Source: Octopus sinensis (lineage: Eukaryota). Taken from it: DNA of 64,000 nt. Below are positions 1 through 11,955 of the stretch, piece after piece. Location of the stretch: positions 9,610,001-9,674,000 of the forward strand of contig NC_043001.1 in assembly GCF_006345805.1 (NCBI RefSeq), given 5' to 3'. Below the pieces are notes generated by a model. That model ran no database searches. It was not told where the DNA came from and saw nothing but the letters and a program-made list of their open reading frames with translations. Position numbers and translations under genes: made by a program. The first letter of the stretch is position 1. Each line of letters begins with the position of its first letter.

Positions 1-193
1 CTCTAGCCCTAACCCTAGCCGCGTAAATAGGAGTGGACTCTGATGAAGGGTAGACATTTTCTCGTGAGCGATCTGAATGTCTCTGTTTCAACATTACAGT
101 TTCTTGTATTCTTTGAACATAAATTACAGGATAATGATCGAATGTTTTAAATGAAGGAATAAAATGTGATGTTATGACACTCCATATTGGATT

Positions 194-463
194 TTTAAAA
201 TAATAAATGCGCCCTTTTTTAAAGCCTAGTCAGGCTTATGGTCCCGGTTTCCCAGCTTCTATGGCGTATGTGTTCCCCAGCTGGACGGGACGCCAGTCCA
301 TCACAGCGTTACTCATTTTTGCAGCTGGGTGGACTGGAGCAACGTGAAATGAAGTGTTTTACTCAAGAACAACCAATGCGTCGCCCCGCCTAATCCAGGA
401 ATCGAAACCACAATCTTATGATCATGATACTGACACCCTAACAACTAAGCCACGCGCCTCCAC
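194..463 (-). mobile_element. tRNA-derived SINE, complete, with 12-bp target-site duplication
   Basis: Minus strand begins GTGGAGGCGCGTGGCTTAGTTGTTAGGG (A box) and has GGTTTCGATTCC (B box), then GATGGACTGGCGTCCCGTCCAG (V-domain-like, from memory). CCATATTGGATT is repeated at 182-193 and 464-475. Confidence 0.85.
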
Positions 464-526
464 CCATATTGGATTAGTTAACCATATACAGTGAGTGGAC
501 CTTCTGAGATGTAAAAAAAAAGCATC

Positions 527-1578
527 AGAGCTGGCAGAAACGTTAGCACGCCGGGCGAAATGTTTAGCCGTAATCCGTCTGTCGCTACGTTCTGAGTTCA
601 AATTCCGTCGAGGTCGACTTTGTCTTTTATCCTTTCGGATGTTTCTACGTTCATAGTAGTTTCAAATTTTGGCACAAGGCCAGCAATTTCTAGGCAAGGG
701 ATTCAGTCGATTATATCAACTCTTCTGATGAACTGGTACCTTTTTTTTTATCAACCCCGAAAGGATGAAAGGCAAAGTCGACCTCGGCGGGGTTTGAACT
801 CAGAACACGAAGACGGACGAAATACTGCTAAGCATTTTGCTGAGCGTGCTCCACGATTCTTCCAACTTACTACCTTGGGTTTCTACATTGATATTAGTTT
901 CAAATTTTGGTACAAGGCCAACAATTAGGGGGTAGGGAATAAGTCGATTAAATTGACCCCAGTGCTCAACTGGTAGATATATTCTCGACCCCGAAAGGAT
1001 GAAAGGCGAAATCGATCCCGGTGGCATTTGAACCCAGAACCTAACGACCGACGAAATGCCGCTAAGCATTTTATCCGGTACGTTAATGATCCTGCCAGCT
1101 CGCCGCTTGAGTTGAGACATTAATATTGCAATTTGCTTCGTTCGTAAGGCGTCGAGCCGGCAGAATCATTAGCACACCGGGCGAAATGCTTAGCAGTATT
1201 TCGTCTGCCGCTACGTTCTGAGTTCAAATTCCGCCGAGGTCGACTTTGTCTTTTATCCTTTCGGAGTCGATTAAATAAGTACCAGTTACGAACTGGGATC
1301 GATATAATCGACTTAATCCGTTTGTCTGACTTTGTTTATCCTCTCTGTGTTTGGCTCCTTGTGGGCAGTAAAGAAATAAGAAACGTTAGTACGCCGGGCG
1401 AAATGTTTAGCGGTATTTCGTCTGCCTTTACGTTCTGAGTTCAAATTCCGCCGAAGTCGACTTTAGCTTTCATCCTTTCGGGGTCGATAAATTAAGTCCC
1501 AGTATCGTACTGGGTCCGATCTAATCGACTGGCTTCTTCCACAAAAATTTCGGGCCTCGTGCCAAGAGTAGAAAAGAA
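527..1578. mobile_element. Cluster of five SINE family A copies or fragments (+527-640, -660-870, -895-1110, +1145-1380, +1381-1578)
   Basis: Each has the tRNA-like head GGCGAGCTGGCAGAAACGTTAGCACGCCGGGCGAAATG...GAGTTCAAATTCC and the body GAGGTCGACTTTGCCTTTCATCCTTTCGGGGTCGAT. Two different 3' tails are present (A1 and A2). Confidence 0.9.
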
Positions 1579-1996
1579 TTTGCTTCGTTCGTTGAACATA
1601 TATAGGCTGTTATGTTGGAATATTTTGAAGGAACGAATAAAAACGTGGTGTAGTGGCAATCATTTCATTACTTTTGGGATTAATTCACCGTATAAACGGA
1701 ATGAACTTCTACCAACGATGAAGGACGGACGTTTACGCTTGAGGAATCTGCATATTTCTACCTCAATAAAGCAATTTGTCTTTTTCCTTGAATATCAATA
1801 CGTGGCATTCTGATTGAATCTCTTAAATGAACGAGTAAAAGTGTGATGGTGTGACGTTCATTCCATTACCTGTGGGATTAATTAATTAGCTCTATAATAG
1901 AGTGAATTGTTGTAACAGCAGAAGAGGAATCAAGAAACACATATATGTACATACTGACATACATATGTTATATATATATATATATATTATATATAT

Positions 1997-2047
<51 letters not shown>

Positions 2048-2699
2048 CATGTATATATATATGAATATATGGGTACAGGACGTCACAAAACATGAACAAC
2101 ATGAAATACGAAAACATGAAATCCGAAATACGAAAAACAACATGAAATGCGAAGACAAACTTTTTTTTGCAAACAATGAGAGAAACAAATGGAAAAAAGA
2201 CAAGTGACAAAGATTGACTCTTCATCAGTTGTCACCTGTCTCTCTACTCATTTCGAGTAATATGTGTATGTGTGCATGCATGTATGTATGTATGTATGTA
2301 TGTACGTATGTATGTATGTATGTATGTATGTATGTATGTATGTATGTATGTATGTATGTATGTATGGGAACTAAAGCAATGTTCATTAAATATGAAGTGA
2401 TTACAAAATGGACAGAAACTGAGAGAAAGAAAAAAAATAATATAAAACAGAAAATAACATGAAAAAAAGGGGTCAAAACGAAGTTGGAATTGAATTCTTC
2501 CATTCATACAAAACAATGAGTTATTGACGCTGATTAACCCCAACACAACTGATTGAGAAGATCTATGATCAAAGATATTCCAGCCATGACCATCCTGCTT
2601 TTTATGCGACACCAGGATTGGATTTTATTATGTAAAGTATCGTTGAAAGCGTACTCTGAGCATCAACGCTAAGCTCTGTGTATTAAACAGCGCTGTCTA

Positions 2700-3300
2700 C
2701 TCTGTGTAAATGTATGGCAATGAGAAACGGCTTGGGGAGCTGTGAAATGTGGTTCTTAAGAATACTGAGCATAGCTTGGACAAAGTGTCTAACGAAGAAG
2801 TGATGACCTGGACTGTAGTAAATAAGAAACGGTTTGATGAGGGCGAGCTGGCAGAATCATTAGCACACTGGACGAAATGCTTAGCGGTATTTCGTCTGCC
2901 GTTACGTTCTGAGTTCAAATTCCGCCGGAGTCGACTTTGTCTTTTATCCTTCCGGGGTCGATAAATTAAGTACCAGTTATGCACTGAGGTCGATGTAATC
3001 GACTTAATCCGTTTGTCTGTCCTTGTTTGTCCCCTCTATGTTTAGCCCCTTGCGGGCAATAAAGAAATAGGTTTGATGAGATAAGCGCCAAGAACGTAAG
3101 ATGTTTTGGTCATGTGATGAGGACAGAGGGGTTTGGAGAATTTAGCGATGACCGGAAAGAGCGAAGGGGCAGGAAGCGGGGGGAAGGAGAAGGATGATAG
3201 AGAGGTCAAGCTTGACGAATTGGCTGGGAGAAAGAAGCATTCAGCATCAGGAAGTGGAAGGGTTAAACAAAACTAAGAACAAAGAATTATGAACGGACAG
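2700..3300 (+). mobile_element. RTE-clade LINE 3' relic, split by a SINE
   Basis: With frameshifts it reads EMWFLRILSIAWT-KVSNEEVM...RFDE|ISAKNVRCFGHVMRTEG-LENLAMTGKSEG, matching the RTE/BovB-type RT C-terminus. Confidence 0.7.
2842..3069 (+). mobile_element. SINE family A (A1 tail), full length, with 11-bp TSD
   Basis: Head to AAAGAAATAG tail. GGTTTGATGAG is duplicated at 2831-2841 and 3070-3080. Confidence 0.92.
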
Positions 3301-3662
3301 AATCGCATATCACTCACTACATTTTGGACAGGGCCAACAAAAGAACAGAAAGATCGATATATTTAAGATTCGTTATGTGTTGTAATGTGATTTAAGAGAT
3401 TCGGCTGCTGTATTTAGCAGTGCGAGTGACCGTGTACAGACCCTCCTCCCATCATTGGCACACAGCCACAAACAGATAGCGGAGATGTATAATTCGATCA
3501 ATAGATGAATATCGGAATGACTCCAGGCCAGTATTTTACTCGACCACAGCTAGAATTTACCTCCGAACAAAATGATAATTAAATATACGTATGCACACCA
3601 CACCACACACACACACACACACACACATACATACACGCATATATATATATATGTATGTATGC

Positions 3663-3695
<33 letters not shown>

Positions 3696-3892
3696 TGTAT
3701 GTATGTATGTATGTATGTATGTATGTATGTATGTATCTATGTATATGTATGTATGTACGTATGCATATATATATGTGTGCGTGTATGTATGTATGTACGT
3801 ATGTATGTATGTATATTTATATATGTATATGAATATATGTGTGTGTATATATACATACATATATGTATATAAATACATATATATATAATATA

Positions 3893-4140
3893 CTAGCAGA
3901 GATACCCGGCGTTGCCCGTGTTACATACAATTGAAGAATTAGACTTTTCTGTTATATTTTCTCCTGTTAAAAAGATTTTGCTCCTGAAAAATGAAGGCCA
4001 TAGGGCTCTAAAATGTGAGAGTTAAGACCCCTGTTGGGGGTGGGCATCTTAATGTCAACCAGAGAAGTTGAATTTTAAGAATCTTTTTTACTTGGGTCTT
4101 ATATCGTTTGAATTTCTTTGAAATAGAAAATATATGTTCA
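3893..4140 (-). mobile_element. Helitron 3' end
   Basis: On the minus strand, the hairpin CACGGGCAACGCCGGG is followed by TATCTCTG-CTAG|T, the same terminal design as the copies at 16079 and 60922. No 5' end was found, so the inner boundary is a guess. Confidence 0.6.
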
Positions 4141-4144
4141 CCAC

Positions 4145-5075
4145 GTTCACCTTTGTTTTTGTAAAGCGTAATGATTTTAGCATCCCGCATATCCTGAGGG
4201 ACTGTACCCTCTTCCCAGTACTGACACAACAGCTCATGAAGGTCCCGAAGCAGGATAGTGTTTTTGCCGGTTTTGATGATCTCTAAGAGGGTGACGTCTT
4301 TTCCCGGAGCTAGGGAGTCAATAGCCTTGGTGAGCTCTGACTGGCAAGATCTTAATACCCTCGATGGCAGCCTCAGCTACCGTGGTCTCTCGTGAGTAGA
4401 GATCCTGGTAGTACTCTGGCAGATTTTCTGCCAATACTTATTTGCACAGCGTCTGGCAGTCAGTTGGGTTGAATTTCTTGCCTTTCTGAGTTCTTCGAGT
4501 GACTTTGTAGAAGAATCACTTTTGTATTGCATCAGAGCTACACGCTTTGCTTCGATAACTGTTTCCAGCTCTGAGAGCCCAGCACTGAACCAATCTGGGT
4601 TTTGCCTTTCTCTCATGCCGAAAGTATCTATTGATGTGGTATACAAAGCTTCCCTGATATAATTCTACCTACTTTCAGCAGAGGAGGTTGGGCAGCTACT
4701 GAGGGCAACCTTGATGGAAACAGCAAAACATTTTCGCAGTGTAGGGTCCGAGGTTCTGGCAGTGTTAATGCGTGGTCGGCCCATTTTCTTGGAGTGATGG
4801 ACTTTGTTAGGCAGAATCCTCACCCTGCTTCTTATTAGTGAATGATGTATGTCACAATCCGCACTGAGGTAGCTACGGGTCAGTTGAACAGAATTCAGAA
4901 AGGATCTTTGTGTAATGATGAGATCCAGCTGATGCCAGTGGTGAGATCTTGGATGTCTCCAAGATGCCTTGTGGGATGCCTTGTTGGCAAAGAATGTGTT
5001 AGTGATGCACAGGTTATGGTATGTGCAAAATTCAAGTAGTCTCTGGCCATTGTCATTCATGTTGCCAATACCAAA
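4145..5075 (-). mobile_element. RTE-clade LINE relic: APE endonuclease C-half, linker and start of RT
   Basis: FGIGNMNDNGQRLLEFC..NLCITNTFF..WRHPRSHHWHQLDLIIT..SADCDIHHSL, then NPDWF..KARN..ARRCANKYW, then GTVPQDMRDAKIITLYKNKGER. Broken by stops and frameshifts. Confidence 0.9.
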
Positions 5076-5131
5076 ACACATACACTTACATATATACATA
5101 CATATATATACGATTGATTTGTTTCAGTCCC

Positions 5132-5217
<86 letters not shown>

Positions 5218-5234
5218 CACACACACACACACAC

Positions 5235-5625
5235 AAACACAAAGATAAATTGATAGATACAACCGAGTGGGCAAACAAAAATATGAGGACACTGCGTAGT
5301 GCTTTTTTATATTTTGATAAAGCCTGATACTTCTTCTATCAGTTTCTTCTTGTGAAACCAGTAAGTTATGGGGATGCAAATAAACGAACACCTATTGTGA
5401 AGCAGTGATGAGGGAGAAACACAAAGACACAAACACACAGACTTACAAATATACATACATATACATACAATTGATTTCTTTCAGTTTCTGTCTACAAAAT
5501 CCACTGACAAGGCTTTGGTTGGTCTGAGGCTATAGCAGAAGAGACATGCCAAGTCACCACACAGTGGGACTGAACTGAGGACCATGTGGTTTGGAACGAA
5601 TTTGTTACCACACAGCCACACCTGC
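5235..5625 (-). mobile_element. SINE family B (CORE-like; resembles octopus OR2), diverged
   Basis: Reverse complement of GGCGCAGGTGTGGCTGTGTGGTAA...GGTTCAGTCCCACTG(C)GTGG..CTTGG(G)CA.GT.TCTTCT.CTATAGCCTC, a motif shared by many copies in the window. Confidence 0.8.
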
Positions 5626-5985
5626 GCCTGTGTGTGTGTGTATATGTGTATGGGTGTATATATGTATGCATGTATATATGTGAATATATATGTGTACATA
5701 ATACATCTATATATATCTATATCTACACATACATGTATACATATACATCTATATATATATAAATATATGTATACATATACAGCTATACACACATACACAC
5801 ACACACACACACACACATACATACATAGGTGCAGGTGTGGCTGTGTGGTAACAAACTTCGTTCCAAAACACATGGTCCTGGGTCTAAATTTAAAATTAAA
5901 ATAATAATGGTGAGAAATTGAATATTAATTTGATTGATATGAATTGAAAACCAATGGTGTAGCATATAAAACCATAGCGGATCTT

Positions 5986-6469
5986 CTAGCAAAATGGATG
6001 TCCACTGTTAATGGTTCATCCCTCTTATATAATAGTTTGACTTTAATAGTTTCAGTATTAAAGTGAAAGTATCTGACATTACAATAGAGAGATGTTTTTG
6101 TTTCACTTTTAACACGTAATACTGAAATAGTGGAGAAGATATGATATTGCTGTGGGCTCGTCCTGGGCAAGAAGTTAGAATTTTTTTTGCCCATGAAGCT
6201 ACATGGACCCTAAAATGGCATGTGTAAAATTTGAATGAAATTGGTTGTGTAGTTCTCAGGTTTTAGGGATTCATAGTGGAGAAAATATGATATTGCTGTG
6301 GGCTCGCTCTAGGCAAGAAGTTAAAAGATATTTTGCCCATGACACTCCCTGGACCCTAAGAAAGGCATGTGTAAAATTTGAATGAAATTGGTTGTGTAGT
6401 TCTCAAGTTTTAGGGATTCAAACAAACAGACAGACAGACAGACACACATTCTCAGTTTTAATATATAGA
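5986..6469 (-). mobile_element. Non-autonomous Helitron-like element with an internal ~145-bp tandem duplication
   Basis: Minus-strand 5' end TCTATATATTAAAACTGAGAATGTG followed by (TCTG)n. Imperfect hairpin GGATG..CATCC then CTAG at 5986-5989. Duplicated block starts near 6129 and 6274. The flanks are not the canonical A|T. Confidence 0.6.
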
Positions 6470-6540
6470 AAAATACATATATATATACATATATATATAT
6501 TATATATACATAAATACATACAAATATACATATATATATA

Positions 6541-6621
<81 letters not shown>

Positions 6622-6752
6622 CATATATATACATATATATGTATATATATATATACATATACATATGTTATATATGTACATATATATATTTATATGTATA
6701 TATGTATGTATATATACATATATATGTGTGTGTGTGTATGTATGTATGTATG

Positions 6753-6791
<39 letters not shown>

Positions 6792-7528
6792 TATAATATA
6801 ATATATATTGCTCGAAAAGAGTAGATAAACAGATAAACAGCCGACAACTGATGAAGGGTCAATCTTATATTGTTTGTTTTCCATTTGTTTCTTTCGTTGT
6901 TCGCAAAAAAAGCTTGTCTTCGTATTCAGTTGTTTTTTCGGATTTCGGATTTCATGTGCGTATTCATGTTGTTTGCGATTTGTGACGTCGTTGTACCTAT
7001 ATATGCATAAATATATACATATATATGTCAGTATGTACGTATATGTATATATACCTACATATATTTTTTTATTTGCTATATATATTATGTAGTATATAGA
7101 TATATATATATATATATATATGATATATATATATATATATATGATATATATTGTATATATATATATATATGAAGATACATATATATATATGGAGATATTA
7201 TATATATATATGGAGATATATATATATGTATGGGTGTATATATACACACACACATACATACACACATGTATGCATACATACATGCATACATCCATACATA
7301 CATATGTATACACAAACACACACATACATATATATACAAATCTACTCACAAGGCCCGAGGCTATAGTACAAGACAGTTTCCCAAGGTGCCACGCAGTGGG
7401 ACTGAACTAGAACCATGTTGTTCGTAAGCAAACTGCTTACCACACACACACACATATGTATGTATGTATGTATGTACGTATGTATATATGTAAATATATA
7501 TAAATATATATATGTATATATATATATA

Positions 7529-7800
7529 TTCTGTTGTGTCTGGGGAGAGTGATTTTCTTTTTGCGCCTCATAATTTAACACATTCAGCGGTAAAATTTCC
7601 ACTTATTTCTTATTTTTATTTTCCTAAAATTTTCCTTGCGCCTTGCAACCTTTTCAATATTTTCAAGACTATTGAAAAGGTTGCAAGACGCAACGAAAAT
7701 TTTTGGAAAATAAAAATAAGAAATAAGTGGAAATTTTACCGCTGAATGTGTTAAATTATGAGGCGCAAAAAGAAAATCACTCTCCCCAGACACAACAGAA
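7529..7800. mobile_element. Foldback MITE, ~130-bp arms, TA flanks
   Basis: TA|TTCTGTTGTGTCTGGGGAGAGTG...CACTCTCCCCAGACACAACAGAA|TA, a near-perfect inverted repeat. Confidence 0.85.
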
Positions 7801-7803
7801 TAT

Positions 7804-8027
7804 GCAAAAATTTGCTTCACCACATACCGAAGTTTAGAAATAGCAGTCAAAAAACCTTAGCTATTTCTTCTACTTTAAAAGGGACTCCCAGAAAAACCAA
7901 AGTACTTGAAAACAATCTACTATGGTTTTTCTGGGAGTCCCTTTTAAAGTAGAAGAAATAGCTAAGGTTTTTTGACTGTTATTTCTAAACTTCGGTACGT
8001 GGTGAAGCAAATCTTTGCCGAACCCTA
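7804..8027. mobile_element. Second foldback MITE (~95-bp arms) abutting the first; left terminus missing
   Basis: GCAAAAATTTGCTTCACCAC...GTGGTGAAGCAAATCTTTGC. The right end continues CGAACCCTA (TAGGG-type, hAT-like end) with no left counterpart. Confidence 0.75.
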
Positions 8028-9294
8028 ATTATAAAGTATATATATATGTGTATGTATGTATGTATATATACTTCTATGTATGTATGTATGTATGTATGTG
8101 CGTGCGTAAGAGCGAGAGTGTTTGTTATTACTATTCTGTAAATCATTAATGATTTGAATGATGTGAATCGACTTCATGCAGAATTCGATCTTGGTTTACG
8201 GAGAGTGTCTGTTCTATTCTATAGAATTTACTAAAGACCTCATAGAATATCGATCTTCAATTTGGTCTTGCTGGTGCAATGACCAATTCTGTTTGTATGG
8301 CAAGTATAGAGTCGATTGAACAATCGATTCTTCTTTATATTGCTGCTTTTATTTTATCGATCCCGACCGGATTTCGAATAATACTATACAGAGACATAAC
8401 TAAACATGGTTAGAAATTCAGGAATTTAGTTTATTCTTGTTAAGTCACTGATTTTCCAAGATACTAGCTTCGTTCTATCAAACACAAAGAGACATTCCAA
8501 TATAAACTCATGTCAATAGGAAGAGCCTGTGATGTTCATACTTCTTCGTAATTTGTAGGAACCACAACAAAGGCCTTCTCAACTTGTCTCCTGTTAGAAA
8601 TATTCTGTGAATTATGGCAAACAGTTTCAATCTTTAGAATTGTACTTCTGCTTGCAAAACAACAATCCCGGATTCTCAAACCTCTTGCTGATTTCACGGT
8701 TTTCGAAATAATGGGAATATTTCTAATAGACATGACACAGAAATAATTCAGAAAGTCTTTGATGGAATAAATGAACTGAAAAGATATTTGTACAACCAGA
8801 AATCAAAACTCGCTTGCAAGAACTTGTTCCGTTAATCTCGCCACAGAAACTAGAATATTAGGATTTCTTTCAAAGGCACAAATCGACTTATTTTACTGGA
8901 GGCGAAGAAATGATCTATTAATTCAAAATAAGGCCTCTAACTCCGCCTTGGTAGATTTATCCTACCAGTCGGTTTTCAGCCTGGAAGAAGAAGAAGAAGA
9001 TGGGGCGTGGGCTAGCAGTCCAACCCCGTAAAACAGTTATTGCAGCAGAAAGAGTAAATATAATCTTTGGCGTGTGTATCTGGGTCTGTCCTCCGACCGC
9101 TTGACAACCGGTGTTGGTTTGTTTATTTACCCGTAAGTTAGCGGTTCGGCAAAAGGGATTGATAGAATAAGTACAAGACTTTAGAAAAATGTACTTGTGT
9201 CGATTCGTTCGAGTGAAAATTTCCGAAGGCGTTGCCCCAGCATGGTCGCTGCGTGTAATGACTGAAGCAAATAATGGGTAAAAGATAAGAAATT

Positions 9295-10150
9295 CTTTTC
9301 TACTTTAGGCACAAGGCCCGAAATTTGGGGGGGGGGCAGTCGACTAGACCGACATCAGTACGCAACTGGTACTTAATTTATCGACCCCTGAAAGGATGAA
9401 AGGCAAAGTCGACCTCAACGGAATTTGAACTCAGAACGTAAATATCGCTAAGCATTTCGCCCGACGTGCTAACGTTCCTTATTTCTTTACTGCCCACAAG
9501 GGGCCACACACAGAGAAGACAAACAAGGACAAACAAACGGATTAAGTCGATTATATCGATCCCAGTGCGTAACTGGTACTTATTTAATCGACCTCGAAAG
9601 GATGAAAGGCAAAGTCGACCTCAGCGAAATTTGAACTCAGAACGTGGTGGCAGACGAAATACAGCTAAGCATTTCGCCCGGCATGCTAACGTTTCTGCCA
9701 ACTCGCCGCCTTATAAAAAAATAAGAAGAAATTAACAATTCCATGAGGGAATCAATGAAATAAGAAGTTTGGCGATTCCTAATTTATAAGAAGTTTTGTC
9801 CTCTTTCCTGGGACACCACATGAATTGGCAACGGTGAGGTCGATGGAGAGGGTTGATGTTTGCACGGGTGATGAACACTAGACGAGAAACTCTAGAAGAG
9901 GAACGTTCAAAGGAAGGAGCACTAGTATATATTTCTTTACTACCCACAAGGGGCTAAGCATAGAGGACAGAATAGGTATTAGGTCGATTACATCGACCCC
10001 AGTGCGTAACTGGTACTTAATTTATCGACCCCGAAAGGATGAAAGGCAAAGTCGACCTCGGCGGAATTTGAACTCACAACGTAACGGCAGACGAAATACC
10101 ACTAAACATTTCACCCGGCGTTCTAACAACTCTGCCAGCTCGCCGCCTTT
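9295..10150 (-). mobile_element. Three SINE family A copies (nested pair 9295-9715 and single copy 9930-10150)
   Basis: Repeated GAAAGGATGAAAGGCAAAGTCGACCTCGGCGGAATTTGAACTCAG body with A1 and A2 tails. Confidence 0.9.
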
Positions 10151-10367
10151 AAGGAGCACTAGTATAGTGTGGTTAATGGGAGTGGGGCTGCAGTGCTGGA
10201 TTATAATATACGAATGAAAGGCTGGTGAGTTGAAAGTCCTTCAATGGATGTGCTACGAGATCAGTTATCTCCGACGAGCAGACGACCATTGTAGTAAGAG
10301 CAGGAACGCAGAAAGAAAAGGCCTGGATATTTTCTTGAAGGTGGAAAGAGTTTCTGACCCACTGAAT

Positions 10368-10670
10368 ACCATATGGCTTAGTGGTTCAAGTATTCGGTTC
10401 GTGATCATAAGGTCCTGAGTTCAATTCCCAGCGACGCGTTGAGTCCTTGCGCAAGACACTTTATTTCCCACCACTCCAGTCCACTCAACTGGCAAAAATG
10501 TGACGTACTTGTATTTCAAAAGGGCCAGCCTTATCACATTTTGTGTCACGCTAAATCTCCCGGGGAAGTACGTTAAGGGTCCGCGTTTCTGTGGAGTGCT
10601 CAGCCACATGAATGTTAATTTCAAGATCGGATCAACTGGAAAACTCGTCGTCGTAAGCGACGGAGTGTCA
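10368..10670 (+). mobile_element. tRNA-derived SINE of a further family
   Basis: TGGCTTAGTGG (A box), GAGTTCAATTCCC (B box), then CCTTGCGCAAGACACTTTATTTC..CTCCAGTCCACTCAACTG. Confidence 0.65.
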
Positions 10671-11167
10671 GTTAGCTAGTCGTGTGTCTTTCTTTAGTTG
10701 GTGGTAGAGGATGTCTGTGTGTCACAGCAACAGCAGCAGCAGCCCCGTTCCTCCGGTTGAAGCTGTACTCCACTGTGTAACCCCATTTCAGCTATGTAGA
10801 GAAAGACAGTAGTTTTTAGGGAATGAGGCATTTTGTGAGACTGAAGACGAATCTCAGTCCTTAAAATATGGTTTCCTCATGTGTCACCTCGTGCCTTTCA
10901 TGCCTTCGGACCCCTAAAATGGTTATCGGGTTCCGCTATCCCTCCGCTCAGTGAAGTATTCCTTACTTCTGCAGTTCATACAAGGTAAGCCTATTTCTGT
11001 TATATTCGTTGCATTCGCCGATGTGTATTTTAATAGGGAGTGATTTGTGGCTTTAGAACGTTGGCTCCATTTATAGCAAGTGGTATGCGAATACCCTACT
11101 AAATTTATTCTAATACCCTACTATATGTATGTGTGTATGTATGTATATATATATATCTATATATCTA

Positions 11168-11226
<59 letters not shown>

Positions 11227-11254
11227 TATATAATATATATATATATATATATAT

Positions 11255-11460
11255 GACCACGTGTGTACCGTTGGCGATTTTTTTCCTCCGTCTTCCCTTC
11301 TTTGGATCTTTCCTTTTCCTATGTTTCTGACGAAGAGCTCCGCTCGAAACGTTAAACCCTCCTTCTTTCTTTCCTTTCCTGAGCGTCCAATAACACTATA
11401 CTTGTTCCACGTCCTCGCGTTGTTGTGTTTTCTCTTTGTGTTTTCATGTTTGGATTAACT
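11255..11460 (+). mobile_element. ~205-bp Penelope-type non-coding element (family P1) with hammerhead motif
   Basis: Same ends as the copies at 19735, 51633 and 53265. Carries GTTT-CTGACGA-A-GAGC(TCC)GCTC-GAAAC-GTT-AAAC. Confidence 0.75.
11323..11357 (+). ncRNA. Minimal type I hammerhead ribozyme motif (PLE dimer-type)
   Basis: Core CUGACGA 11327-11333, one extra A, stem II GAGC/GCUC, GAAAC, palindromic ACGU stem III, predicted GUU cleavage triplet, stem I GUUU/AAAC. Confidence 0.7.
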
Positions 11461-11484
11461 ATATATATATATATACATATATCT

Positions 11485-11955
11485 TTTACTCTTTTACTTG
11501 TTTCAGTCATTTGACTGCGGCCATGCAGGAGCACTGCCTTTATAGTCGAGCAAATTGACCCAGAGCTTATGCTTTGTAAGCCTAGTATTTATTCTATCGG
11601 TTTCTATTGCCGAACCGCTAGTTTATGGGGACGTAAACACACACCAGCATCGGTTGTCAAGCGATGCTGGGGGGGGGGAACTGACATAACATACACAATA
11701 CATATACATACATCATATATATATATATATATATATAATATATATATATATATTGTGGGTGTGTGTGTTATCAGTTATATATATATCGTCATACATACAA
11801 CATACACACATACATACACATACATAATACGACGAGCTTCTGTTGTCGGGTCGGCCCGAGGCTATAGTAGAAGGCACTTGCCCAAAATGCCACGCAGTGG
11901 GACTGAACATGGAACCATGTGGTTGGGAAGCAAGCTATTTACCACACAGCCACAC
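11485..11955 (-). mobile_element. SINE family B with expanded internal TA/CA tract
   Basis: Tail (TACTCTTTTACTTGTTTCAGTCATTTGACTGCGGCCATG) and head (ACCACACAGCCACACCTGCGCC) both present. Confidence 0.85.

Noticed and set aside
1-20. CCCTAACCCTAG telomere-like motif
   Set aside because: Only about two units, so not a telomeric or interstitial array.
40-90. CTGATGAAGGG hammerhead-like start
   Set aside because: No GAAA after a closable stem II.
1902-2612. ORFs rich in IY, MYVC and HTYI, and all similar ORFs across the window
   Set aside because: Translations of (TA)n, (TATG)n, (CA)n, (GATA)n and (ATT)n microsatellites.
2842-2925. tRNA-like heads with A and B boxes (many copies)
   Set aside because: These are SINE heads that continue into SINE bodies and do not form complete cloverleaves, so they are not tRNA genes.
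8110-8960. Unique-looking stretch with a 65-aa minus ORF (8536-8733)
   Set aside because: No recognisable motif or convincing splice sites, so it cannot be supported as an exon.
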